The notes under the pieces were generated by a model. The model was not told the DNA's origin and searched no databases. It saw nothing but the letters and a program-made list of their open reading frames with translations. Shown here piece by piece: positions 35,701 to 48,700 of a stretch of 64,000 nt of DNA. This DNA is from Ascidiella aspersa (Eukaryota). The stretch covers positions 6,386,001 through 6,450,000 of the forward strand of contig OZ004615.1 of assembly GCA_963924565.1 (NCBI GenBank), given 5' to 3'. A program made the translations under genes and the position numbers. Every line of letters starts with the position of its first letter. Position 1 is the first letter of the stretch.

Positions 35701-38700
35701 ACAGTGTCAAGTTTTGTTTGCACAGAGTCGCATTGTTGTACAGCTTATCAATTTGCCAAACACACAGTGTGTTTTTTAATGTGCTTTGTGAGACTGAAGC
35801 GGTCTTTCGGATTCTGCAACGGTCTCTCAAGGCATGGACTAGTTCTATAATTACAGTAGAGAATTAGCAACTAGTACTTAGATGTAACAATTGCGGTTCC
35901 CTTGAAATGGCCCTTGTGGATCGTCAAATTTTGTTAGCTATCTCCAAATCCAAACCTTGCAAAAAAATGTTTCAGTTGCTAAATACGGGTTGTTGATCCC
36001 CTTGAAATATTGCTGTGTGTACAAACAGGATGAGGTCGTGAGTTCGAGCCTCACTGCAAGCTAGATTTTTTTACGTTGACCGATTTCGGTAAGCCTTCCC
36101 AAAAAGCATGCTGCATGTTAAAAACACATGCTAAAACATACCCGACTGTTTTGGTGGTTTTAAAACATGTATTTCCTAATTTGTGATCTTCAAGAACATT
36201 TTTTAGCATAATCCAATGTGCCTTGTTTTAATGCGCTCATGCGAACCAAGCCCGAGGTTCTGGTACTTGTTGTTATTGTAACCATACGATGCCTACCTCC
36301 GGTTCACCTAACTTACTCATTACGCTGAACGGAAATTACGTAATTTGACTCCCGCACTATAGGAGGTTACAGGACTAATAAGAAAGCCATTTTTTTATTG
36401 TAGGGAAAGTAGTTGGCGACTTTCGCGTTTTGCAACCTTCTGCAAACTTGTAAATGCCCGTTGCGTATTTCAGTATTTAATGAATTTATTAACGAAATGC
36501 ACTTCAATGGCTGCTGAAGTAGTGGGGGGATTGCGGCAGACTGTTGCCGCTGGCCACATTATCATGTAAGACCAGAAACTGTCTGCGGGCCGCTCAAAGT
36601 CCCGTCGCGGGCAGTATGTCGCCCGCCCCTGGTTTAAACCAAGCTATCTAGCGTTTTAGTGCTGAAACGATCGCCTTCAAGCAATCCAGATCCGTATGGC
36701 AAATATTTGACATACACATGTATAAAAAGCAAATATCTTTATGCAGAAGTAGCAGCACTGCCACATTCGTAACGCAGTCAGAACCAATGAGAAAAGCGGA
36801 TTTAAATGAAACAGCGCCTGTAACGTTGCAAGGTTGTAACTTCGGCATATTGAACGCCGGGGGGCCAGACATCGCTCTGATACGGTTGCGCCGTTTAAAT
36901 TAAACACAGTGAAGAAAGTCGCCAATTTGTCACGTCGAAATCACGACGGGGCGCGTCCAATTTTATCGCAAAGAAGCTGGTAACTTATTCCAAGTTGGTA
37001 TGATCGGCACTCGACCAATACTGTTAAGGTATCGGTGTCATTTTGATACCAAATTATTAGAGGTATTTAAGGCATGCTCAGCACCCCCAACGTAGCGAAT
37101 TGTACCTTCAAAATTAAAACAGAAACAGTAAATATACTATCTCACAGTTATATTTATCGAGCAATCTAAGGTAAATAACCTTTCTTACGCATCAGCAAAA
37201 AAACAAACATTTCCTTTGACAGTAACAGTTTGATCAGCGTTGCTTATCTCACCTGGTACCGATGTAATTTGGTATCGGATCAGGCCTTCGTACTATAAAA
37301 TATCCGGTATTGGTACAAAATACGAAGAAAAGGAAATTAATTGTGACTGGTCAAAAGCCAATGTACAGCGCAAGGTGTGCTTTCATAGTTCCTAAAACGT
37401 GAAACATGGCTTAAAAGCGGAGTTCTGTCCAAAAAAATCATAATGTAATTCGTGACGTAGGCCTGAAAGGCAAGTCGTGCAGTCGGACTCGTCTCTGCGG
37501 TTGCTGCGGTGCTTGTGCCCGTCGCAAAGCCACGCCCGTGAAGTGTACTTGCTCCTGTCCTTGCACAGCCTCTGGTCTTTGCGGCACAAAGACGCGCATT
37601 TCCAATCGTCGCTGTAATCAACACAGCCCGGTTCCGCCATTCGCTCTTAAGGCACGATTTGACGCAGTCCAGCTCGTCGCTTTTATCGTCGCAGTTCTCT
37701 TTTTTGCGACCCATTAACCCCCCCCATGACCCATATCTAACCCCCTGCTCCTCGTGTGCACAGACGCTGATCGAAATCCTGGCTTCGCGGAGCAACGCTG
37801 AAGTAAGAGAGATCCGAGAGCTGTACAAGAAAAAGTACCACCATGAGCTTGAAAAGGACCTGATGAGCGAGACCAGCGGACACTTCCGCAAGCTTCTCGT
37901 CTCGCTCAACAACGTAAGTTCGCAACGCAACAGCATATTTATTTATTTATACCTGACCGTGTTGTGTATATACATTCTACAGGTGTAAAATAAGTGAAAA
38001 AACACACTATACGTGATATGGCCCGTATGATAATAGGACGAAGAAAGAACGCTTTTGTGAAAAGTGCCAGGTAATCAAAACAAAACTGCTAAAAAAAATT
38101 TACTGTTAACGCGACGCGACGTGTGCAATGTATTTGTATATATATGTAAACATAAAACGAAACTGTAAAAAAATCAAAATCATCAGCAAAAACGATCTGT
38201 TTAAATCCAGAAAAATGGTCAGAAATTCTAAGAAAATCCGACAAAAATAAGTTTTTGCACATTGCAGAGTTGTCACATCAAAATTGTATCTCAAACTATA
38301 TCAATGTTACTACATAATTAAATTTCTGTACCTTATTTTTTTACATCGCAGAACTTGCAGGTCAAATGCACTTGAACAAACTTTGTTGAAAATAAATAAA
38401 GAGTTATTCGAAACGTTTAAAATGACACCTACTTCTGAATGGGCTTTGATATTCTTAAAGACAACTTTTTTTTTAATTTTCCAACAGGCCTCGCGCGACG
38501 AAAGCGGGCGAGTGGACGTGGCCAAGGCCGCCCAGGACGCCAACACCCTGTACCAGGCCGGTGAGAAGAAGTGGGGAACCGACGAGGCGGCCTTTAACCT
38601 GATTATGTCGACGCGGAGCCACGCGCAGCTCAGGGCGGTCTTTGAGGAGTACAATAAGGTGTGTGAGAAATGGTGAAAAAAATATGGCGCGTTTGTTTCG

Positions 38701-40802
38701 CAACTATATAAGGCTACCTATCTTTGTGAAGCTAGACTTTATGATCTGGCGTGCAATAAACTTTATGATCTGGCGTGCAGTAAAACGAAATCCAGAAATT
38801 TTCTTTGCGTATGTAATGACATTCGCTTAGCTCCAGACAAAACAGAGCCTAATAAAAAATACCATGTCGAAGTACAAAAACAAGCCTTGCAATGACTAAC
38901 TAAAAGTTAATTTAAAGTAAAATGACTGATTTGTTAAATTATGAGAAAGTAAATGCATTTACTTGTTAGACTGCGTTTACTGGTTGTATTTGTTATTACG
39001 TGTAGTAAAAACACATTAAATACAATGTTATTTTTTTATATAAGTAGGGGGGCACAAGAATTGAGAGCCTATAAAAGGGGCCACGGAGCATAAAAGGTTA
39101 AAAACCACTGATCTAACGTATCGACTAAAATAACACAATTGAATGCATTTAAACTATTTCAGATTTTTTTTATATGAGAAATACCCAGCCGCTTATAAAT
39201 TCGCAGTCACGGCAGTGTAAGACCCACTGCATGTTCGCGCCTAATTTTGAACTCACTCTCAACCAACAACCCTCCCTCATTTCTGACGTCACAGGTGGCG
39301 CACCGTGACATCATCAAGTCGATTCAGAGCGAGTTTTCGGGTGACGTGGAGGACGGAATGTGCGCGGTGGTGGACATCGCCAGAAACCCAAGCAGCTACT
39401 TCGCCAAGCGACTCTATCAATCGATGCGAGGCGCCGGCACCAAGGATGTCACCCTCATTCGAGTTATGGTTACGCGTAGTGAGGTGAGGGTCGGATTTTA
39501 AGCATGCCAGATTCGACCAATGAAAGTGCTGATTAGCACGTATTTTTGAACTTTGAGTTAATTTGCGTCGAGCGCTCTCATTCGGTTGTTTACCTGTTTT
39601 ATAGTTTCAGTCAAAGTGCTATTATTTTTTTGAGCCAGTGCTTTTTAACCTTTAAAATTCCATCCGCACTTTTTTATTTCGGAAAATTTTCATCCGCACG
39701 AAACAAGCTCAGTAAGTTTACAACCTTTATTTATTTTTTATTTTTAATGAAAGGGTTTGCGTATTAAAACCGTGAGCCTAAGCCTAAGCCTTGACCGATA
39801 TCAAATAGATGTCTTAAGCTGCAATAAACCACTACGAGACTATATTACCGTATCTGTAACGCATAATTGGGCACACCAACTTATTTAATTACTGTATTAC
39901 ACCTGATCAAAATAATAACATGCACCATTTTCATCCGCACATTAATCCGCACGACGTTTTTCATCTGCACTAAACTTTTTTTCATCCGTTTAATTGCGTA
40001 TCCCACAGCTGAAAAGCACTGTTTAAACCTATTTGGTTAAAACTCGTTTTCTGACATGGAAGCAATTGTGTTTTTTTAATTTGGAAAATTGTCACTCTCT
40101 TTCAAACAAATCCAATAAACAACAAAATCTTTCGGTTCGTTCTGTATGTTTAAGTGTGGATTTTATTAAGCCACCCTGCCGTCACCACGCTGTGACGTCA
40201 CAAAGTCTAAAACGTGATGCCATAAATCCTGTATAACACCAAACAGTTTGTTTATTATGTTAGAGTTTTAGGTTCGTGAGGTGTTACTTGCAATACAAAA
40301 GCTAGATTACAAGATGTTGCCGAGGCGAAAAATTGCCCTTAAATTGTTTAAGTTGCCAAACCATTAATTTTTTCGGGTGTGATGAGACGCACGATACTTT
40401 GGGCGAAAGTGATTTTATCAAAATAGACAGGAAACATAACATTTTTTTGGCATGTATATTGTATACCTATATAGTTAAAATAGTAGAGAAATTCTTGAGG
40501 CGGGGTCATGGCCACGTAACCTCCCTGGATCCGGCCCTGCCCACGATGTGGTTGAAAGCAAGAGACAAGGGCAACCGGTGTTAAAATGAGTTTTTGAGGT
40601 AGTCATGGCCGGTTCCCCATGAATCAACCCCTACCCACGATGTTCAAAGCAAGACCAAAGTAACCCGTGTATATTGCAGGTTGATATGGTCGAGATAAAG
40701 CAGCAGTTCCAGTCGATGTTTAAGAAGGATCTCGGCAGTTTTATCGGCAACGACACGAGTGGCGATTACAAGAAGACGCTATTGGCGCTGGTCGGCAACT
40801 GA
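29674..40802 (+). CDS. ANXA7/ANXA11-like: annexin gene A, ANXA7/ANXA11-like with long Gly-Tyr-Pro-Gln N-terminal tail, 539 aa
   Basis: join(29674-29730,30470-30683,32099-32431,33536-33688,34028-34122,35086-35220,37764-37913,38488-38658,39295-39483,40680-40802)=1620 nt. Starts MSYGYPP; four annexin repeats ([33 protein letters not shown]); ends [16 protein letters not shown]. Confidence 0.93.
30470..30683 (+). CDS. annexin A exon 2 (GYPP repeats)
   Basis: [10 protein letters not shown]...QGGI G|gtaag. Confidence 0.9.
32099..32431 (+). CDS. annexin A exon 3 (GYP/Q-rich)
   Basis: [10 protein letters not shown]...QQAQP. Confidence 0.9.
33536..33688 (+). CDS. annexin A exon 4
   Basis: [25 protein letters not shown]. 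Confidence 0.92.
34028..34122 (+). CDS. annexin A exon 5
   Basis: [23 protein letters not shown]...YGR, 95 nt. Confidence 0.93.
35086..35220 (+). CDS. annexin A exon 6
   Basis: [15 protein letters not shown]...MAGAGTTES. Confidence 0.93.
37464..37712 (-). pseudogene. antisense fragment of tandem LDL-receptor class A repeats inside annexin A intron 6
   Basis: [16 protein letters not shown]..., then frameshift, [52 protein letters not shown]. Confidence 0.7.
37764..37913 (+). CDS. annexin A exon 7
   Basis: [11 protein letters not shown]...[14 protein letters not shown]. Confidence 0.93.
38488..38658 (+). CDS. annexin A exon 8
   Basis: ASRDES...[17 protein letters not shown]. Confidence 0.93.
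39295..39483 (+). CDS. annexin A exon 9
   Basis: [13 protein letters not shown]...[18 protein letters not shown]. Confidence 0.93.
40680..40802 (+). CDS. annexin A last exon
   Basis: [10 protein letters not shown]...[16 protein letters not shown]. Confidence 0.93.
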   Translation, partial: VDMVEIKQQFQSMFKKDLGSFIGNDTSGDYKKTLLALVGN

Positions 40803-42329
40803 TAATTGCTCGCCTCTCCTCTCGTGCATGTTTCTGTGTCATTTCTTTGTCGTCTACAAACCCCGTCGCCACTTGTACAGCAAACTTTTCGGGTGACTGA
40901 TTCAATTCCCCTATAATTCTTACCGAAGTTCCGCTTGCAATAATATTGGCGCCAGTGATTTTCTCAAATACCTTATTTTAGATTAAATTTTATTTTTTTT
41001 TTTGATTTAATTTTAAACGAAGCTGTTTATGATTTTCGCCGTTTCCATGCTAATTACAAATCTGAAAGAGTTGCTCTTTGAGAGAAGAACCGCCTTATAT
41101 GCATCAAGACACCCCACCAGTTACTTAAAAACCCGTCGATCTCATTGTGTCTTACCACAGTAAACAATGCCAAACCTCACTTCGAAACATATTGCTTTTA
41201 AATATATAACTCGCTGTTCTAAAAACGATGCCTTTACTTATTTGTTTCAGTATGTGATATAATTGTATGCAGTAGGATTACTGAATAGCGAAAATGCTTT
41301 CTATAGTCGCAGGCGCTTGCCCTTTTATATAATTCCTCGTATATTGTCACTGCTCTACTTTGATTTCCCTGCACATATCGTTTTTGTGGTGTCTGTATGT
41401 CATAATTATATAAAAAAATTAGCTTGTATTACGTGTTGGTCTTAAACTTCTGTTAGAATTTTGTTGTCCTTCGTCAGTACTTTTCATCTTCGTAGTGGCG
41501 GCAAATCGTTTGCTGATATATTTAATGTAACCAGAAGAATAGTTCGAAAATGAAGACCATGTGACTTTTAAATGCTTTACATTAAGACTGTATAGTTAAA
41601 TAAAGGGACATGATCACAGGACTACCTAACTTTACTAAATCGAAACTGAACAAACTGCATATTGTCAGGTCGCTTCTAGATTTATTGTAGATTCGAAAAA
41701 TTCCGCTTTGATCCGCTTCCAATAAAACAACTTACAACTCGCAAGAATGGCATTTATATCGTTGCGTCCTTAATTGCAGTGGAATTAGAATAAACTAACA
41801 TTGCAGTAAAAGCGAACTTGTTAAAGAATTAACTGCTAAGTTATCGATCTCGGTAGGCATGGTGCATAAGGGAAAGGGAAAATGCCCCCAGAACGTTTTA
41901 AAACAGACTTTTCAAGTACATACGCAAAACAAACTCGGATTCGCTACAGTTACTAATACTAATACCGATGCTCGCCCGCTACCTTATAAATTTGCATAAA
42001 AGAAAAGTAAAAATTGCCTCCTATAAGGCACAGATTGAAGTATTTTGAGAAACAAGAAAAGTTTTACGATTATTTAGAATTACAACAAATTATGTGCACG
42101 CTGTTGATGTAAAATCAATATGATAAACAAAATTGGCGCATATCGTTTTGTTAATCCAGGTTTAATAAATTTTAACGTGTGTGATGTTTGCAATCCGTTT
42201 TGGCGCCAACAAAAGAGCTGAACGTATTGTCAGGTAGGAATATTTTTAGCGCTTTTTGTTTCATAATGTTAAATGGTATTCGTTGTGTGCTTTTAAAATA
42301 GTTTTTCGCAAAGAACGTGAAACTTTTAC

Positions 42330-42500
42330 GCAGTTGTCATGTGACGGGATGAAAAACGTTTCTGCGTCACACGTTGGTGTTTGTTGTCACGAGAGTCACG
42401 TGCAACGTAACTATTTATTGACGAGTGAATCACTTACGTCACTATATTGTTATTGCCATAAAACGTCAGAGAAGCGTAGTCCCTCAAGCGTGACAGTAAT
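42330..42500 (+). promoter_or_regulatory. CpG-rich candidate promoter of annexin B with clustered GTCAC/E-box words
   Basis: gtcatgtgac (42336-42345), gtcacgtg (42395-42402) and several further gtcac/gtgac words, 170-340 bp upstream of the ATG. Confidence 0.3.
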
Positions 42501-42669
42501 CGCTTTGAAGGAAGTTGTTTAAAAAAATTTCCGAAAACGAGCTCCACAAAACCTGACGTATCACAGTCTATTGTAAAACAATTTGTGAACAAATTTTCCA
42601 GAGAAAATATTTAAATAAAACGTTTGTGATACTGCATTTATATTTAGTTGTGAGGCAGCACTGCGTACT

Positions 42670-42714
42670 ATGTCTTACGGATTCGGTGGAAATACAGGAT
42701 ACCCTCCTCAACAG
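42670..42714 (+). CDS. annexin B exon 1
   Basis: [15 protein letters not shown]|gtaagt. Confidence 0.85.
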
Positions 42715-45700
42715 GTAAGTAAGCTTGTGTCTGACTGTCTGTAGCGGTATATCGAAAGTCATACGATTTTGGTAATTTCTAAACAGGCAAATATTAAGTT
42801 TAAATGCATACAGCTCAAACAACCAAAGTCGAAACGTTCACCAGGTTATTAAGAAATAATTGGGTGCTGGTCTCCAATCCTACTACATTTTTTTCAGGGA
42901 GCTAATATTGATAACAATGTTTGGGTTAGGGGTTAGGGTGAGAGTTTGAGTTTGGGTGGGTCAAGTATTATTATTATATATATTCTTACATATTTATGCA
43001 TTCCTTGCTATTTCAAGTTTGTCAGCTCGTTTTGTTACTGTTAAAATGGAATTCTAGACCAGCGCGCAAAAGTGCTTTAGTATTAAGAAGTTTAGTTAAC
43101 TTTTAGTTTTAAACTTACCGCTATGTTTAGATAAGTTTACCTTTTCAAAGTAGAATCTGCTGTAATGGTGAGTTATTTAGTTTGGTTATTTTGCAGGGTG
43201 GGTATCCCCCAGGACAACAACCCGGCTACCCCAGTGCTTACCCACCCACAGGTGGAGGGGGTTACCCTCCTGCCCCATCAACAGGTGGTGGTGGATACCC
43301 TCCTGCCCCATCATCTGGTGGGTACCCACCTACCACCGGGGGTTATCCTGCTGCAGGCGGATACCCTCCTGCTAACACAGGTTATGGTGCTGCCCCAGGA
43401 GGCTACCCACCTTCATCAGCCCCTTATGCACCCCCATCTTCCATGTACCCAGCTGCCTCAATGCCATACGGACCATCAACAGGAATAGGTAATTATTTAA
43501 GAAAGAGGCTATTTGCTTGGCTTACCAGTTTACAGTTAGTGTAACTTTTGAAGCTGTTTACAATACTGTAAATTTTGAAGCCGTTTACGGTAGTGTAAAT
43601 TTTGAAGCTGTTTACGCTAGTGTAAATTTTGAAGTTGTTTACACTAGAGTAAATTTTGAACCCATTTATAATAGTATAAATTTTGAAGTTCCGGATATTG
43701 CAAAGTAACTAAATATCTGGTTTTTGAACTTCAGTTTTTATAGTTAGGTTAACAGCTTTAGAAATAAATTGTGTTGTAGTTTTGCATATCCGGTTACAGC
43801 AGTTTGAATTTTAAAGTTTGGTAAACGGGTAGGAAACTATATATATGGAAAATGGATCAGTTACCGAACTTCTAAATGATAATGGGTTGCCGGGCAAATA
43901 GCCTCTTTTGTTATTTAAATGTTGTGTTGATAAAGTAGAAAAGTATTTGCTACAAATTGTCACATATACTGGAAACTGTGTTTGTAATTGTCTTTTTAAA
44001 CACTTCCTGTTTTAATGTGGTAAACATGCTCATTTTTGTAGATATACAACCTCAAATTAAAATATCTACCATTGTGTTTTTTTTATATACAAAGCTCGCT
44101 TTATTACACAACAAAATTTCTTCTTGCTTTAAAGCAAATTACAAAAGTAGGCCACCTTTTCGAAATGCTTATATATATATCTATATATAAACTTTTAGTT
44201 AATATTGTGTAGCTGCGTCGCTTGCTTCTTTAAACTGTGCAAGTAGGCGGCTTCTTACTTAGTTTGAAAAACACAAATTTACTGTTTTCTGTTTCATTAT
44301 ATACCCTGAGCTGTGCATTTCACATGTCCACAATATTCATCTTATAACCCCTTATTATGGGATTTCTGCACATCCTAGGCTTTGAAGGAGTTACCAACTC
44401 TATTGTTCAACCTTCTGCTCAAAACTATGGATTCAACCCACCCCAACCCAGCGGGTATGGGGGTTACCCTCCAGCTTCAGCCCCTGCCCCAGCTGGCATG
44501 CCAGGTGGGTACCCTTCGCCTCAACATGCCCCGCCCTCTGCCCCTTCAATGTACGGCCAACCCTCAGCACCAATGCATCAAAACACAAGTCAATATGGAC
44601 AACAACCGGTTAGTAGTGAAGCAGTTCAAATTAACTTTTGTTCTTAGGCATTTTTTGTCTGCTGAACTCTTTCTCACTAATTTGTTCACCAAATTTTGGT
44701 ATATATTTAAATGGGGTTAAGTTTTGCACCCTTCGCTCACAAATATGGGTGCGATGTACTCTAAACGAGTGCTGATTCACACCCAATTGGCAAGTACCCC
44801 TAGGCAAAAAATGATTGTTGTTATCACACCTAGTTGACTTGATTTTTTAATCTGCAACAAATTTGGTTAAATGCCAAACAAATTTTAGTTTAATATCAAT
44901 CCTGATGTATAAGCATGATCAGGATAGATAATAATCAATGGAAATGTGCACCCACCTGTTGGGTGCATTCGCCTTGATGAAAACACATTCTCCACAAAAG
45001 TTTGTCTGCTCTTCTGGCATCTTTGCATTTCTGTCCCATATTCTTTGTTTTTCACCTATAATTTAACAAGCCTTGCTAGTTTGGTGGGCTTAAAACTGTA
45101 CAAAGTTACATGGTATCACTCCTAACATGGTTCCTGTTGAGCACTAACTTATATTTTAATCAGAAAACCTTAAGTCTAAGAAATTAACTGTAGTTTAAAC
45201 TGTTTATCAATATTAATTAATCAAATTACAACGTTCTACTGTAGTTATTCTCTTCATACAATCAAACCTTACACTATTTAATTAGACAAAAATTAAGGTC
45301 CCCTTCTTTTTTAACTGCATGCAGCAAGCAAATCTTCTGCTATCCCAATTAAATTCTAAAAAATGAAGAGGTACAAACAGTTTGCAATCCTGGTTAAAAT
45401 AGTGCTAAAAGTTGTTTTATTTAAATTACCCTATTGAAGAAAATATAATGGGCTTTGGAAGAAGTCAAATGCCACTGTTAAACTCACCCAGATAAAAAGG
45501 TTTGAAATACAAATATAAGCTTGGCCTGTAGAAACCCAATATAATATGCGGTGTGTCTGTATTAGAAAATTTAGGGTTCGCATGGTAAGTATATTGGTCA
45601 CATATTTTAGTCTATTACAAACTACAGCAGTGCTGAAGCGCCACATGACATGAAATAAATCCAAAGCTGAAAAAATAAATTATTGATTTGTTTTGGTGTT

Positions 45701-48700
45701 TTTACATTTTAACTGCTACCTGTTGGGTCACATTATCTCAACTAAACTGTATAAAATAGACACAATATATTCACAAAGCTTGGGTATTTTTTCCAGCAAA
45801 TGTAAGACATCTTATCTATAATTTTAGGTTGATCAAGTCTTAATTAAGCTTTAACATGTATCTTTCTGGTGGAAATAAACTGCGAATTTCCAAGAAACAT
45901 TCTTCACTAAAACCATTGAGCCATTTACTTATACCATCATGTCATGCAAAGAAAACATAAAATAGTGTGTGCAATTTCGTTTTAGCCATATGGACAGCCA
46001 CCAAGCACTGCACCACCCCAACAACAATATGGGCATCCACCTAAACAACAAGGTATGTAAATTACAACAGCAGCCAATGGACATTAGTTCAGTAATCTTT
46101 TTTTCACAGCTTGTTTGCTGTACCACTGAGACTAGCGACTAGCGCACAAAATGGTAGAACGCGGCTACAAAATGTTTGCTGTTATGAGTTTGAATCTTAC
46201 CACATTAGAATATTATTTAGTGTTTAGTGCCTTGATTGCACTCAAGCCTTAGCTATGTGATATTCTTATGATTTATATTTGAGCTGTTGAAAAGTTGAAT
46301 TTTCAATAGAAATTGTCAGTATTTTCTTTTAGACATATTTTATGTTTATATGTTATATTTATGTATCTGATTCCAATGACTCAGCCGAAAAAATAGTATT
46401 TTTTTAAAACAATTTTGGCATTGCAATGTACAACCCCTAATTACACTTGTTTACAGGTATTTTTTGATATTGTAAATGATAATACTTTACAACTTAATGG
46501 TTTTCCACACAGAAATAAAAACAATTTTGACAATGCTTTGTGTGACAACACCTAATCCCACAATTTTTACAGCCCCATCCCCCTATTCTAGTCATCCTTC
46601 TGCATCACCTGTTCGAATGCAAACCCAGGGCACAGTAAGACCAGCTTCTGGTTTCCATGCTGAAAGTGATGCAAAAACATTACGCAAGGCAATGAAAGGC
46701 TTGGGTAGGTCGCATTTTAAGAACTGTTTTGCTTGCTTGAAATAATTTTTGTTGTTAAAATATTATTTCGAAATAGCCTTTTTTTTAGTTTTAAAGTTTT
46801 TCATATCAGTCCAAACTTAAGCCTGTGGGCCACATGTGACACAGTTTGTGGCATGCAATTCAATGTTTATTAATTGTATTCATAAGAGCAGTTTTTGAAC
46901 TATTTTAAAAGCGGGACAGTTTATGAATTGAAATATATTGCAGAACACTCAACGGAAATTTATATAATGCATTGATTTAACAGCACAACAATTCATCACA
47001 CTTTAATTTTCTTATTGCGATAAATGGGTTTACATAGCATCCTTGGGCGACCCAGTTCTATATAACTATAAATGCTTTATATCACAATGTTGTTGACGGT
47101 GTTTGGTGGAGTTGTATGCTTCTTTTATTTTGAAATGTATATGATAGACCAGGGTTGGCAACCTTTTCCTAGTCGTGGACCAAAACTAACCTCAGAATAA
47201 ATATTAACTGACAATTATGCATTCAGATACAACAGGTTGGCGAAAGTTTTGTTGTTCATAGTTTCAATCCACCTAGTTGAAATAGCCAAAAAAATAGGAG
47301 AAAAGTCCTGTTACCAATTTTCTGTTGTCCGCCCCTGCGATAGACCAAAATTAGGAAATTTTCTACATTCACGTAAAACCCAATGTGCTGAAAATGTTGA
47401 GCTTGCAACTATTCGTTCATCAAGACCATTAATGTTGTTTTCAGGTACTGATGAAAGGTCAATCATTGGTGTAATCGGGTATCGTTCTGTCGATCAAAGA
47501 TTGAAGATTAAAAATTGTTTTAAACAAGCGTTTGGCCGGGTATGTAACCAGTTAATCACTTTAAACTGTTATGTATCAGAGTCAAATTTATACAGAATGT
47601 TAAAAAAATTTTTTGTGTGTCTAATATGCTGAAAATTGAAAGAAAAAAATTTGAAATAACTATCTAGTTCAGTTGAAAGTTTTAAATTGGTCGATTAAGG
47701 TATGGCACCACCAGTTTTATTAGCTTGTAGAACAAGGGCAACTTCTCCATTCGGCTGGCCTGATATGCCAAAATTAAGTACCTGGCGGGCCGGATTCCTG
47801 AATTGATACATTAATCGTGTACTTATCTACCTATTACCTATATACAGGGAATAAATAAAATTTGTTGTAAACTTTAAGTTTGAAGCATAGAGAACAAAAA
47901 CAGTATTTTATGATTTTATTATGAAATATACAAACAAAGAACTAAAAAATATCTAACAATTGATGTAGTAAGCAAGTAGTGGGGTATTGCGGCTGACTAT
48001 GCCCGCGGGCCACATTGTCATGTAAGAATGTAAATTGTCTGCGGGCCGTAATATTACCTGCCCCAGTTTAGAAGGTGGTCCTTGAGCAGCCAAAGTTGGC
48101 ATGTATTCTTGTTGTAATGTTCCAGTTTAATATTAGCTGCTCCATTGTACAAGCAAAAAATAATTATACCTATTGCATTATTGCAACCCTTATTTTTGCA
48201 TTGCAGGATTTAATAAAAGATCTAAAATCGGAGTTGAGCGGCAACTTCGAGGAGCTTTCCTGTGCTCTGATGATGGAGCCCAGGGAATATGATGCCTATT
48301 GTCTTCACAAAGCCATGGCTGGCCTGGGAACCACAGAAACAGTGCGATTTTGTTCTTGCTTTGCTCAGATTGGGACTCCCTGTTTTTTTAGTATTGTATA
48401 TTTTGTGTTTAAATATTGCTAGCTTAAAAGAAGTGGTTTTTGTGAGAATGCCATCCCCGGTAGGTGTTGAGCTAATCACGTGGGCGATAAACATCTGTAA
48501 CAACAGAGTGCTAAAATTCTTTTATAGTGGTTGTCTGGCAGGATCTTTGCCAGCCTTTTACGAGCATTTCGGCTAAAATTCTTCGTGTTTTTAGCCTCGT
48601 CTCTAAGGTTAAATGCTGTGTTTGCCTATCGAATGTATAAACCGCGCGATGTTTAGCGATAAAAAGCATTTAGAGTTGTGAGAAACAAATTAAAATTTAG

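Noticed and set aside
42921-42960. Telomere or interstitial telomeric array
   Set aside because: Only 2-3 degenerate GGGTTA units inside a dispersed element.
43517-43708. ORF with NFEAVYxSV repeats / CRISPR-like periodicity
   Set aside because: It is a 27-bp intronic minisatellite with no unique spacers, lacks splice support, and lies in eukaryotic DNA.
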